Of a stretch of 64,000 nucleotides of DNA, positions 27,402 through 36,739 are shown piece by piece. Each line of letters opens with the position of its first letter. The first letter of the stretch is position 1. Source of the DNA: Candidatus Nealsonbacteria bacterium RIFOXYB1_FULL_40_15 (GTDB taxonomy: Bacteria > Patescibacteriota > Minisyncoccia > Minisyncoccales > GWA2-38-27); NCBI GenBank assembly GCA_001821555.1, contig MHMM01000004.1, positions 47,525-111,524 of the forward strand. The letters are read 5' to 3'. The notes beneath the pieces were generated by a model. It made no database searches. It was not told where the DNA came from and was given only the letters and a program-made list of their open reading frames with translations. A program made the translations under genes and the position numbers.

Positions 27402-28526
27402 TTAATCCTGGACACAGATAAGCTTCTGTTCAGAATTACAATACTTTCCGATATAGGGAGAAAAGGATTCCTGGCTTATACCTATTCCAAACCCCCCGAG
27501 AGCTACAGCATAAGTAAACTCTCCCGTAGGCGTATAGCAGGATGCAAAAGAGCTGTCAAGCTTAATTTCAGGAGAATATCCTGGAACATTTTTCGCTCCT
27601 TGGGTCCAGTTCTGGCAACAGCTGGAATAGCTGTATTTCTCCTTCAGAGAAGCAAAGTTAGCATCTACAAAAAGACAATTCTTCTTGGTCTTTGAATCAA
27701 TCCTGCCTAACCAAACGTTAGAAAGGTCCGAATAAAAAGAATCTTCCAGCTTTTCTTTATTTAGAATTTCAGATCCTGCGATCCTGGCTAAAAACTGTTC
27801 AAAACTATTTCCGATCAGCCTGTGGCAAGTAGCCCCCCTCAAAAGATTTGAAGACGGACTTGCCTCCACGAAAATTCCATCTTTGCTCTTGAGTCTTGCA
27901 ACCGCAGTTTCTTCATCCTTTTCTCCTCCCAAAAAAGCAACCCATTTGCCTTCGTATCCCAGTTTTTCAGCTGATTCCTGGCATTTCTTATCCGCCCCCT
28001 CAAGCCCTTCTAAATTACCGCTAAAAGATTCGGGGGTTATGAAAAGGAACCGGACGCCGGGCAAATCGCTGGGAAGATAAGGCCATTCGTTCTGGACCGA
28101 AAGAGCATCACAGCTTGAAAGTTCAGGATATGTTATGCTCAAAGAACCGTCAGAATAATCTATTTTACTTCCTTTTCTCCATGGATAGTCAAAAACAGCA
28201 ATCCAAAAATTAGCTCCGTATGCGTGTCCCGGCTGTATAGTCCACTGATAGCTTCCATCTGAAGCATTGAGATTTTCAGCTATCCATTCGGGCTCCTCTC
28301 CGTTAAAAAGCACTATCCCTATTTTATCCACTCCCCTTGAACTCCATTTGATTTCGTAGGTCTTCCCTATCTCTAAAACCTCCCTTCCGTTAGGAGAGAC
28401 TAATAAGACTTTTTTTGAAGCATAGCCAAAGAAGATATAGAAAGCTATGGCTAGGATAACCAGAATCCCAATTATTAATATCAAGAATAGGCCTTTTTCA
28501 AACGGAAACTTTTTTTGTTCATCCAT
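27402..28526 (-). CDS. Membrane-anchored surface protein with an Ig-like domain and a Cys-rich DUF1554-like domain
   Basis: SPNG.E...G..Y.I.W Ig pattern; F.T...F.GNL.G..GAD..CQ...LICVQ. Confidence 0.75.
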   Translation of the reverse strand: MDEQKKFPFEKGLFLILIIGILVILAIAFYIFFGYASKKVLLVSPNGREVLEIGKTYEIKWSSRGVDKIGIVLFNGEEPEWIAENLNASDGSYQWTIQPGHAYGANFWIAVFDYPWRKGSKIDYSDGSLSITYPELSSCDALSVQNEWPYLPSDLPGVRFLFITPESFSGNLEGLEGADKKCQESAEKLGYEGKWVAFLGGEKDEETAVARLKSKDGIFVEASPSSNLLRGATCHRLIGNSFEQFLARIAGSEILNKEKLEDSFYSDLSNVWLGRIDSKTKKNCLFVDANFASLKEKYSYSSCCQNWTQGAKNVPGYSPEIKLDSSFASCYTPTGEFTYAVALGGFGIGISQESFSPYIGKYCNSEQKLICVQD

Positions 28527-28527
28527 A

Positions 28528-29118
28528 TTATTTTTTACAAGTAAAATTTATTGAAGACCGCATTTTATTTACCGCCTCTCTAGCAGAATAATCTTTTGAA
28601 AACTCAAAAAGAGCAATTTTAAGATCTTTAGTGAGGCAGTTTTCATTCCAGCAGGGGTATCCCTGCTGTTTGTCTAATGTTTTTCTGTTTTCCAAAAGCT
28701 GGATATCCAATACTTCAAAGCTGTTTTCTTTCCCGCACAAAACAGAATAAATAACAGATTTTGAGGGGCTTTTTTTATCTTTAAAGTTCCACGGGCCGGA
28801 AAAATAATAACCGCCTATTTCTATAAACTCCGGGGGAGCAGGAAATTTCCCCATCGGAGATTCAGGAAACTCTCCCGAAACGGGGGGCGGATTAAATATC
28901 TCACCTTTTTTTACCAGATAAGTAACGCCGGAGAATGCCAAAAAAGCCAAGGAAAGAATTATAATTTGAAAAACAGACTTTAAGATTGTTTCCCGCCCCC
29001 TTTCCTGGTCTTTAAGTATCAAATAGATATACGCGGCCCAAAGAAAGTAGACAAAAATAAACAAAAGAGCCAGGCCGAAAACAAACAAAGGAATAAAAGC
29101 CAGAATAGCCGATGCCAT
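28528..29118 (-). CDS. Hypothetical membrane protein
   Basis: Two TM helices plus a Cys-containing soluble domain. Confidence 0.7.
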   Translation of the reverse strand: MASAILAFIPLFVFGLALLFIFVYFLWAAYIYLILKDQERGRETILKSVFQIIILSLAFLAFSGVTYLVKKGEIFNPPPVSGEFPESPMGKFPAPPEFIEIGGYYFSGPWNFKDKKSPSKSVIYSVLCGKENSFEVLDIQLLENRKTLDKQQGYPCWNENCLTKDLKIALFEFSKDYSAREAVNKMRSSINFTCKK

Positions 29119-29162
29119 TAGAAAATTATATCAAAACAAAGAAAGAATAGCACTGTTAATAA

Positions 29163-30080
29163 TTACTTGAGATATGCCCTCCTGGCTTTCTCGTGCTCTG
29201 AAAAATTCTTGCTGAAAATAGTTTCTCCTTCCGGAGTTGAAAGATAAAACCAATAATCTGAATCTTCAGGGTAAACAGCTGCCAAAATGCTCTCTAATCC
29301 CGGACTGCATATGGGTCCGGGCGGAAGCCCTTTGTATTTATAAGTGTTATAGGGAGAATCTATCGCAAGCTCTTCTTTGGTAAGCTGACTGCTCTTTCTG
29401 CCGGTTGCATAGCATACTGTCGCGTCAACCTGAAGCCTCATTCCGGCTTCAATTCTTTTCCAAAGAAGTCCTGAAACCAATTTTTTATCTTCAAGAGTTC
29501 TTACTTCCTTCTCAAGCAACGAGGCCATAATAACTATTTCAGAGAGAGGCCTTTTTGCATCTTTTTTCATCTCTTCTGAAAACTTTGAGTTGAAATTAGA
29601 TTGCATCTTCAGGACAATATCTTCCAGCCCGTCCTCCGGGCTTATCTCGTATGTGTCGGGAAAAAGGTAGCCCTCGAGGCCGGGATCTATCTCTCCCTCT
29701 ATCCCTTTTTCCTTAAGATGCTCTGAGATATCCCTTAGATTCCATCCTTCAATCACTGTTATGGTTTTCTTTATTCTTTCTCCCAGAGAGAATTTATTTA
29801 AGATCTCAGGGACTGCCATTGAAGAAGAAACTGCGTATTCCCCTGCCTTGATATTTTCCGATTTTCCCATAATAACGGCGTAAAGAATAAAAAACATTTT
29901 GTTTTTTATCAAACCTCTTTCTTCAAGGTTCTCAGCCACTCTGCTCAAGCTTTCTCCCCTTCTAACCAAAAAAGGTTCTTCTTCTTTAGAAGAAGCGTTT
30001 TGGGGCAGATATATTCCCTGAAAAACAAAAATAAAAGAAAAAAGTATTATCGCTAAAACCAGAATAAGATATTTTTTCAT
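29163..30080 (-). CDS. mltG: Endolytic transglycosylase MltG
   Basis: LEGYLFPDTY, MASLLEKE, LQVDAT, SPYNTY, GLPPGPI motifs. Confidence 0.96.
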   Translation of the reverse strand: MKKYLILVLAIILFSFIFVFQGIYLPQNASSKEEEPFLVRRGESLSRVAENLEERGLIKNKMFFILYAVIMGKSENIKAGEYAVSSSMAVPEILNKFSLGERIKKTITVIEGWNLRDISEHLKEKGIEGEIDPGLEGYLFPDTYEISPEDGLEDIVLKMQSNFNSKFSEEMKKDAKRPLSEIVIMASLLEKEVRTLEDKKLVSGLLWKRIEAGMRLQVDATVCYATGRKSSQLTKEELAIDSPYNTYKYKGLPPGPICSPGLESILAAVYPEDSDYWFYLSTPEGETIFSKNFSEHEKARRAYLK

Positions 30081-30099
30081 TTTTCTTTCCAAAAGATCA

Positions 30100-30588
30100 T
30101 CAGACTTTAAGGGAGGGATTCTTGAATTTCAGCTTTATTCTTTTTAATAAATTCAGTCTGTCAAAGAAAAGTGTTCCGTTCAAGTGATCTATCTCGTGCT
30201 GTAAAATCCTTGCTAAAAGCCCTTTCGCCTTTATCTCAACTATATTCCCTCCAAGGTCTAGTCCTTTAACAAAGACTTCTTTGGATCTTTTGATTTCCAG
30301 GTATATTCCCGGAAAGCTCAAGCATCCCTCTGCGTCCTCTGCTTTTTCCCTGCTTTTTTTTATTATTTTAGGATTAATCAAAGCCAAAACAGACTCCTTT
30401 AGGTGGTCTGACTCAAAGACTATGATTCTTTTTAGAATTCCGACTTGGGGGCCTGCCAGGCCGACTCCCTGCCCTTCCTTCATAATAGAAAACATATCCG
30501 AAGCGATTTTTCTTATCTCTTCGTCTATTTTCTTAACCTTTATGGCCCTTTTCCTCAAGACAGGATCATTAAATTTCCTTATTTCCAT
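30100..30588 (-). CDS. def: Peptide deformylase
   Basis: GVGLAGPQVG, EGCLS, QHEIDHLNG motifs. Confidence 0.97.
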   Translation of the reverse strand: MEIRKFNDPVLRKRAIKVKKIDEEIRKIASDMFSIMKEGQGVGLAGPQVGILKRIIVFESDHLKESVLALINPKIIKKSREKAEDAEGCLSFPGIYLEIKRSKEVFVKGLDLGGNIVEIKAKGLLARILQHEIDHLNGTLFFDRLNLLKRIKLKFKNPSLKV

Positions 30589-30631
30589 ACTTCTATTCTA
30601 AAACAAAAAACAACCCCTAGCAAGGACTGTT

Positions 30632-31177
30632 TTATTCTACAACGAAGACTGCGGCGGCAACAACAGTAGTCCAAAGCCCGTCTTTATTTCCTTCAGCGGA
30701 CTGGCAGATATTAGTGGTCCTAAAGATGTGCCCGGATGCCTTGTAAATCTGCTCTCTTTCTTCCCAGGCCTTGGCAGAATCAAACTCTACTCCCAGAGTA
30801 GTTGCAAGCATTGTAGCTGCCAGATCCTCGGCATATTCTCCAGATAACTCTGCTTTTTCTCCAAAAGCATGATGTTCTGAAAGATATCCGTATCTATCCG
30901 TTTCTTTTGGAACAGCTACTCCTATGGCCGAAGATATGAGTCTGTTTGGTTCGTTTGTGTCGTTTCTGGCCATTACCGTAAAGACTATCTGCCCGGCATT
31001 AAGATGCTTTAATCCTTCCTCTCTTGAAACTGTTTTGCAATTTGGAGGAAGAATGCTTGAAACAGAAACCAGATTGAACTTTTCTATCCCCGCATTCCTT
31101 AACGCAGATTCAAAAGAAGCCAAACGATCTTTATTCACGCCAGCTCCCTTGGTAAAGAATACTTTTGTAGGCACCAT
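30632..31177 (-). CDS. Pyruvoyl-dependent arginine decarboxylase
   Basis: [22 protein letters not shown] (Ser-Ser cleavage site), [17 protein letters not shown]. Confidence 0.9.
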   Translation of the reverse strand: MVPTKVFFTKGAGVNKDRLASFESALRNAGIEKFNLVSVSSILPPNCKTVSREEGLKHLNAGQIVFTVMARNDTNEPNRLISSAIGVAVPKETDRYGYLSEHHAFGEKAELSGEYAEDLAATMLATTLGVEFDSAKAWEEREQIYKASGHIFRTTNICQSAEGNKDGLWTTVVAAAVFVVE

Positions 31178-31182
31178 ATATT

Positions 31183-31419
31183 TTAATCTCTTTTTTCTAC
31201 TATTATAGTGCAATTGGCCACTAATGCAACAACTGTTCCAATTGCCGCCCACACTGGAAGCAAGGCAGCTCCCACGACTCCTATAGTCAAGGGAATTTCA
31301 ATCAGAGTATTCCCCTTTTCATTCTGGATTATAATTCTCCTTACGTTGCCCTCTTTTACAAGAGCTTTGATTTTCTTAAGAACCTCCTGCCCTGAAACTT
31401 TGAATTCTTCTTTTTTCAT
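31183..31419 (-). CDS. DUF4342 family protein
   Basis: [12 protein letters not shown]...EIPLT.G...CTIIVE. Confidence 0.85.
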   Translation of the reverse strand: MKKEEFKVSGQEVLKKIKALVKEGNVRRIIIQNEKGNTLIEIPLTIGVVGAALLPVWAAIGTVVALVANCTIIVEKRD

Positions 31420-31449
31420 AATGTAATTTAGTCGCCTTCACAAACCTGT

Positions 31450-31522
31450 TGGCGGGCTTTGCCTCGCCGAAGCCGAGCGAAGCCCGCCTACGCCCTGGCG
31501 GGCTTCGGCGAGGCGAAGGCGG
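31450..31522. repeat. Nested REP-like palindrome at the tRNA-Trp 3' end
   Basis: 18-bp inverted repeat (31457-31474 / 31501-31518, 17/18) with an inner hairpin; CCCGCC duplicated at both ends. Confidence 0.75.
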
Positions 31523-31591
31523 GGATGCTAGGACTCGAACCTAGAACAAAGGTTTTGGAGACCTGTATGATGCCAATTTCACCACATCCCC
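31520..31591 (-). tRNA. tRNA-Trp(CCA)
   Basis: Cloverleaf; anticodon loop CTCCAAA. Confidence 0.95.
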
Positions 31592-31659
31592 GTATTGTAA
31601 ATATAACACAAAAGCCCCTTACTTTTCAACAATTCAAGGTAAGAGACTGTTCTTGGAAC

Positions 31660-31830
31660 TTATTTCTTGGCCTCTTTGTGCGGGGTATGCTTTCTGCAAG
31701 TATTGCAAAACTTCTTGAGCTCCAGCTTCTTCTTTTCTTCGTCCAAACCCTTTGACCTGTTAGTAAAGTAGTTTATCTCTTTGCATTCCTTGCACTGCAT
31801 CTTTGTAAACGGTTTCTTTTTCTTTGCCAT
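31660..31830 (-). CDS. rpmG: 50S ribosomal protein L33 (zinc-binding type); absent from the ORF track
   Basis: MAKKKKPFTKMQCKECKEINYFT...LELKKFCNTCRKHTPHKEAKK, 56 aa. Confidence 0.95.
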   Translation of the reverse strand: MAKKKKPFTKMQCKECKEINYFTNRSKGLDEEKKKLELKKFCNTCRKHTPHKEAKK

Positions 31831-31849
31831 ATTATTTTTATTAATTTTG

Positions 31850-31923
31850 AGCCTGAGGGCGGAGTTGAACCGCCGACCTCGTCATTACCAATGACGTGCT
31901 CTAACCGTCTGAGCTACCCAGGC
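31850..31923 (-). tRNA. tRNA-Thr(GGT)
   Basis: Cloverleaf; CGTCA-TTGGTAA-TGACG. Confidence 0.96.
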
Positions 31924-31929
31924 AAGATG

Positions 31930-32012
31930 TGGGCAGGGCAGGATTTGCACCTGCGAAGGCCGAAGCCGACTCTTTTACAGAGAGTCCGGTTTGTCTACTT
32001 CCGTACCTACCC
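31930..32012 (-). tRNA. tRNA-Tyr(GTA), long variable arm
   Basis: ACTCT-CTGTAAA-AGAGT; variable arm GGCTTCGGCC; T-loop TGCAAAT. Confidence 0.92.
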
Positions 32013-32613
32013 TATTATTAACCATCTCTTCTATCCATTTATTAATTTGAAGAAGCAACTTTTTATCCGAATACCTTATATGCGCCAACCCATACTTCAT
32101 TTCTCTTTTTTTCTCTATAGAAAAATCCTTTCTAATATATGGTTTAACAAACTGAGACAAAGGAATTTTTGTCAAATTAGCCCAGTATTTCTTTATTTCC
32201 GCTATGTCTTGGTCCGCATAACAATATAAATGAACTCTTAAACGTTCTTCGTCCACGCCACATATTTTCCTTAAAAATTCTAAGAATAATCTTATCATTC
32301 TAGAATCGCTATTGCAAAAATCTACTGACGAAAACCCATTCAAGCTTTTGCTCCCTTCCGCCCAATATAGCATAATCCCAGCTATTTTCAATTCTTTTTC
32401 GAAAAAAGACAACTTTTTCTTCGCTGAAAAAGATAAAGACTTGCTATTAAAAACAACCGCGTTGGCTTCGCTAAAGCTTCTTCTGCGAAGATTTTTTCTT
32501 TTCATAAAGCTCAAAACGGCCCAAGACGAAACCCCCAATTTCTTGCCTACATCCGCAGCACTAAGGTTTTCTTGGTAATACAGTTTTTTGATTGCTTTTT
32601 CAGACAAGCTCAC
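31975..32613 (-). CDS. HTH plus LAGLIDADG-like endonuclease-domain protein
   Basis: N-terminal HTH; IAGIMLYWAEGSK helix, F.NSD..MI..F..FL, YW motifs. Confidence 0.8.
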   Translation of the reverse strand: MSLSEKAIKKLYYQENLSAADVGKKLGVSSWAVLSFMKRKNLRRRSFSEANAVVFNSKSLSFSAKKKLSFFEKELKIAGIMLYWAEGSKSLNGFSSVDFCNSDSRMIRLFLEFLRKICGVDEERLRVHLYCYADQDIAEIKKYWANLTKIPLSQFVKPYIRKDFSIEKKREMKYGLAHIRYSDKKLLLQINKWIEEMVNNRVGTEVDKPDSL

Positions 32614-32628
32614 GGTATTTAAAGATTG

Positions 32629-33288
32629 CTAGCCAGCAATAATCTTGCAATGCTTTTTCCTCCACTCTTCTATCTTTTTATGGTCTCCGGACAAAAGAAC
32701 TTTTGGAACCATCCACTTCTCTTTTCCCATTTCAAACACTTCGGGCCTGGTATATTGGGCGCACTCAATAAATCCCTTGCTTTTCGTCGTTCTTTCTTTT
32801 ATCATTTTCTGTTTTCCCAATACTCCCGGAACAAGCCTTAGGACAGATTCTGCCACCACCATAGCGGGAATTTCTCCCCCCATAAGAACATAGTCTCCTA
32901 TCGAAAGTTCGATATCAGCTATTTTCTTAGCCACCCTTTCGTCTACTCCCTCATATCTTCCGCATATCATAATCAGATGATCTAACTTTGAAAACTTTGT
33001 TGCCGTTTTTTGATCGTATTTCTTCCCGCGAGGAGTAAATAGAATCACTTTTGATTCTTTTCTTTTAAGATCTTTGACTGCTTTAAAAATGGGCTCTATT
33101 TTCATCACCATTCCAAACCCCCCTCCAAAGGGTTTATCATCCACTGTTCTGCGCTTATTTTCGGTCCATTTCCTCAAATCATGGATGTTTATTCCAACAA
33201 TCCCCTTTTCTACCGCTTTCCTGATAAGACTTTCTGAAAAATAGGAATCAAATATTTTTGGAAATATGGTTATAATATCTATCTTCAT
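32629..33288 (-). CDS. trmD: tRNA (m1G37) methyltransferase
   Basis: VDDKPFGGG.GMV, CGRYEGVDER, SIGDYVL.GGE, QYTRP motifs. Confidence 0.98.
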   Translation of the reverse strand: MKIDIITIFPKIFDSYFSESLIRKAVEKGIVGINIHDLRKWTENKRRTVDDKPFGGGFGMVMKIEPIFKAVKDLKRKESKVILFTPRGKKYDQKTATKFSKLDHLIMICGRYEGVDERVAKKIADIELSIGDYVLMGGEIPAMVVAESVLRLVPGVLGKQKMIKERTTKSKGFIECAQYTRPEVFEMGKEKWMVPKVLLSGDHKKIEEWRKKHCKIIAG

Positions 33289-33344
33289 AAACAAACAATG
33301 CTACTATTTTAAAATAGTAGCACTGTTTTTGAGATTCGTAAATC

Positions 33345-33653
33345 TTATAGCTTAAGGTCTTCTAGCCCTTCAGAAGCTCTCTTTTCTTGAGAAGGTCTTC
33401 CGCCCTCGGGCTCTTCGATCTTCAAATTCACTCTGGCCTGATTTTTCAAGCCCACGATGCGAACCAAAGTTCTTATTGCTCTAGCGGTAGAACCGGATCG
33501 GCCGATAACCTGTCCCATGTCCTCTGGGTTTACTTTCAAAGAAAGCAATACTCCCATTTCATCGACTTTTCTGTCGATTTTGACATCTTCGGGATGATCA
33601 ACCAATGCCTTTATGATAAACTCAAGAAATTCCTTGTCGTTTTCTGTTGCCAT
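33345..33653 (-). CDS. khpA: KH-domain RNA-binding protein KhpA
   Basis: DMGQVIGRSG.TARAIR; lies between rpsP and trmD. Confidence 0.9.
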   Translation of the reverse strand: MATENDKEFLEFIIKALVDHPEDVKIDRKVDEMGVLLSLKVNPEDMGQVIGRSGSTARAIRTLVRIVGLKNQARVNLKIEEPEGGRPSQEKRASEGLEDLKL

Positions 33654-33741
33654 TTCGGTGTTAAATCAATTCCATTAGAGTAGCCCGACCTTTCCCGATG
33701 GAAAGCTACTATTTGTGATTATACTCTCTAAAAACATCCTG

Positions 33742-34110
33742 TCAATCTTTTTTTTCTTCGCTTTTTTCGGGTGTTTCTTTCGGCTGATCATTTGCGGGCG
33801 ATTCTTTTTTGCCAGAATCCTGGGATGCTGGCTGTTCTTTCTTGCTTTTTTTATGAGACTCTATCTTTTCTCCCTTAACTATCTTTTCCTCCACAAGCAT
33901 ATTATGGACAGTGTCGGAGGCCTTAGCCCCTTTTGAAATCCAGCTCTTTATCTTTTCCTGATCAAGAATTCTTTTTTTCGTCAATGGATTCCAGGATCCA
34001 ACCTCATCCACAAAACGCCCTCCCTTGGGAGCATTTCTCCTATCTGTCACCACAACCTTGTAAGAAGGCTGGTTTTTTCTGCCTATTCTCAACAATCTTA
34101 TTTCCAACAT
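33742..34110 (-). CDS. rpsP: 30S ribosomal protein S16
   Basis: IRLLRIGRKNQPSYKVVV...GAKASDTV. Confidence 0.97.
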   Translation of the reverse strand: MLEIRLLRIGRKNQPSYKVVVTDRRNAPKGGRFVDEVGSWNPLTKKRILDQEKIKSWISKGAKASDTVHNMLVEEKIVKGEKIESHKKSKKEQPASQDSGKKESPANDQPKETPEKSEEKKD

Positions 34111-34111
34111 A

Positions 34112-34819
34112 TTACCAATTTTTAATTTCTAATGCTTTTTCTGCTGCTTTTTCTTCTGCTTCCTGCTTTGAATATCCCTTTCCCTTGGCCACGAGCTTTT
34201 CGTTCAAAAAAACTCCGACTATAAAGGTTTTCTCGTGATCCGGACCCCATTCTTCAAGAACATTGTAAGCGGGCGTAATTCCTCTTTTCTCCTGGGCTTC
34301 TTCCTGAAATTTTGACTTTGCGTCTTTGAAAAGCTTCTCTTTTATAATCCTCGGAAGCTCTACAAGCAAGTTTTCAGAAATGAAATTCCTGCATATTTCC
34401 ATTCCCTGATCCAGATAAAGGCTTCCTATAAACGATTCAAAGGTGTTTGCAAGAATATACTGTCTTGCCTTTCCTTCTTCTTTTATTTCTCCCGCAGAAA
34501 GAAGAAGATAACTGTTGAATCCAAGCTCTTTGGCTTTCTCTGAGAGAATTTTAGCGTTTACCAGAGCCGCTCTCCAGCTTGTGAGCTCGCCCTCCGATCT
34601 CTCCGGATTTTCTTTAAAAAGGACCTCTGTCACTATATGCTCTAAGACCGCGTCTCCCAAAAATTCAAGTCTTTCATTGTTTCCTAGCGGAAACTCCGGG
34701 TTCTCATTCAAAAACGATCTGTGGATAAAAGCCTGGATAAGAAGATCTTTGTTGCTAAAGCATACCCTTAAAGAATCTTCAAGACTTTTGAATTTTTCTT
34801 TCAAATCTTCTTTGTTCAT
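34112..34819 (-). CDS. rnc: Ribonuclease III
   Basis: NERLEFLGDAVL plus dsRBD. Confidence 0.97.
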   Translation of the reverse strand: MNKEDLKEKFKSLEDSLRVCFSNKDLLIQAFIHRSFLNENPEFPLGNNERLEFLGDAVLEHIVTEVLFKENPERSEGELTSWRAALVNAKILSEKAKELGFNSYLLLSAGEIKEEGKARQYILANTFESFIGSLYLDQGMEICRNFISENLLVELPRIIKEKLFKDAKSKFQEEAQEKRGITPAYNVLEEWGPDHEKTFIVGVFLNEKLVAKGKGYSKQEAEEKAAEKALEIKNW

Positions 34820-34848
34820 TTCGCAAAAGAGCAAAGAATAGAAAATAA

Positions 34849-35295
34849 TTATTCTTTATTTTCTATTTTCTGATCTTTGGTTAATTCGTTGTAAACTGTG
34901 CCCAATACTCCGTTTATAAACTTGCCGGAACTTTCTCCTCCAAAGCTCTTTGCAAGCTCTATGGCCTCATTTATAGCTACCTTCGGAGGAACTTCTTCTT
35001 TATTCTCGTAGATAAGCTCAAACAATCCCAGCCGTAACACATTCCTATCAACTATGGTTATCTGCTCCAGCGGCCATTCTGGAGCCGCCTTCACTATTAT
35101 ATCATCAATTTCTTTCATATGGGCCACTACTCCGTTGACCAGCTGCCAGACAAAATCCTTATTCTCAAGACCGGGGCCGAATTCTTCAATGTTTCTCGCT
35201 ACAATGCCCTCAAGGACCTGCGGCTTTTTCCCGTTAAAGTCCCATTCATAGAGACTCTGCATTACTATTGATCTTGAAAGGTGTCGAGAGGCCAT
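34849..35295 (-). CDS. nusB: Transcription antitermination factor NusB
   Basis: [27 protein letters not shown]; start set at MASRH. Confidence 0.96.
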   Translation of the reverse strand: MASRHLSRSIVMQSLYEWDFNGKKPQVLEGIVARNIEEFGPGLENKDFVWQLVNGVVAHMKEIDDIIVKAAPEWPLEQITIVDRNVLRLGLFELIYENKEEVPPKVAINEAIELAKSFGGESSGKFINGVLGTVYNELTKDQKIENKE

Positions 35296-35299
35296 ATGT

Positions 35300-35575
35300 T
35301 TACTGCTTTTGAGACAAGGCCTCTGCTCCAAGGGGCTTTTCTTTCTCTTTTTCGGCCATCTCCTTTTCTTTGGCCTTTTTCTCTTTCTTCGTAAGCTTTG
35401 CCATCACATCTATCATTTCTCTTCCTTTGTAATACCCGCACCAGTTGCACAGCTTATGAGGCAAAACAGCCCTGCCGCACTTAGGACAAACTGAAAGGGC
35501 GGGCTTTTCCAGATAAAGATGCATTCTCTTATTCCTCTGTCTGGATTTTGAACGATGCTGTTTTGGTACTGCCAT
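35300..35575 (-). CDS. rpmF: 50S ribosomal protein L32 with a charged C-terminal extension
   Basis: MAVPKQ..SKSR...CPKCG...[13 protein letters not shown]. Confidence 0.96.
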   Translation of the reverse strand: MAVPKQHRSKSRQRNKRMHLYLEKPALSVCPKCGRAVLPHKLCNWCGYYKGREMIDVMAKLTKKEKKAKEKEMAEKEKEKPLGAEALSQKQ

Positions 35576-35596
35576 AATATTGTTAATATACACTAA

Positions 35597-36232
35597 CTAG
35601 TGAAATAAATCAAGCCCTCTGCAAAAAGATTTTCTGTGGATTCTGCACAACCCGTAAGTTTTAATCGCCTGCCTATGGAACAAAGTAGGATATCCTTTGT
35701 GGATTTGAAAACCGTATTCAGGATATTTCTTGCCCGATAATTTCATCATCCTGTCTCTTGTAACCTTGGCAATTATTGAAGAGCAGGAAATAGAAAAAAC
35801 CTTCTCGTCCCCCTTTATTATGCTTTTTTGCATAGTTTCGGATTTTATACTGAAGTTCCCGTCCAGAAGAATAAAGTCCAAAGGAAATGCAATCTTCTTT
35901 TCAAGATTCTTTGCTGCTTTTTCCATCGCAAGCTTGGAGGCCTCAAGAATGTTTATTTTGTCTATGACTTTTTCTGAAACAATGCCTATCCCCCATCTTG
36001 AATTCTTGTCTTCTTTCAAAGACTCAAAGGCTTCCTCCCTTTGTTTTTCAGATAATTGCTTTGAGTCTCTTATAACAGCCCCTGGCTTGAATTTTACAGG
36101 GTCAAGTATGCAGAAACAGCAAGCAATGACAGGGCCAGCCAGAGGACCTCTTCCCGCTTCGTCCATTCCCCCGATTATTCTATGCCCTTTTTTCCAAAGC
36201 TTCTTTTCTTCTTTTAGGGTGGGATATTTCAT
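35597..36232 (-). CDS. rnhB: Ribonuclease HII
   Basis: DEAGRGPLAGP, DSKQL, DGN, KGD, HKGYPT motifs. Confidence 0.97.
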   Translation of the reverse strand: MKYPTLKEEKKLWKKGHRIIGGMDEAGRGPLAGPVIACCFCILDPVKFKPGAVIRDSKQLSEKQREEAFESLKEDKNSRWGIGIVSEKVIDKINILEASKLAMEKAAKNLEKKIAFPLDFILLDGNFSIKSETMQKSIIKGDEKVFSISCSSIIAKVTRDRMMKLSGKKYPEYGFQIHKGYPTLFHRQAIKTYGLCRIHRKSFCRGLDLFH

Positions 36233-36498
36233 ACTTGGATTTTAACACAAGCAAGAAAAGTAAGCTAAATTTACTTATGCTAGGATTAGTTTTGCACAGG
36301 AGGTATTGACAGGGGCGCTTGAAGGTGATAACTATAATACTAGCACAGTTTCGTTCTCAACCTGACACGCGCAGCACAGAGGCCGTAGAGCCATTTTATG
36401 AAAGGGCCTATATGCAGTATTACTCTGGATTCGTCTAGCGTAAAACAGGGACAGCGATCTCGTTCGGTAGAATCATCCGAAACCCACAAGGAGATAGG

Positions 36499-36570
36499 AT
36501 GAAGCAAGCCATTCGCCGTCGACGTCGTCAACTCGCGAAGAGGTCACCATTGGAGAGGCCACCGCCCTAG
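36499..36570 (+). CDS. Putative 23-aa Arg-rich peptide (MKQAIRRRRRQLAKRSPLERPPP)
   Basis: AAGGAG SD upstream; lies within a promoter-to-terminator unit. Confidence 0.3.
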   Translation: MKQAIRRRRRQLAKRSPLERPPP

Positions 36571-36643
36571 GAGGATTGAGAACTCAAATTTTTTTCCCTG
36601 TGCTGAGCACAGGATGGGCTATACAGATAGCCCGACAAAAATG

Positions 36644-36697
36644 AGCCCCCAGTTTTGGGTGAATTCAAATTCATCTAAAAGCGGGGGCTATTTTTTA
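36644..36697 (+). terminator. Long-stem intrinsic terminator upstream of dnaE
   Basis: AGCCCCC..TTTTGGGTGAATT / AATTCATCTAAAA..GGGGGCT followed by TTTTTT. Confidence 0.75.
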
Positions 36698-36739
36698 TTT
36701 ATTTGCCTAAAAAAGCCTAAAAAGCTACAATGGCCTATT

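Noticed and set aside
36614-36739. N-terminal extension of DnaE in the ORF track
   Set aside because: It runs through hairpins and a terminator; family homology starts at MKFTHLHVH (36740).
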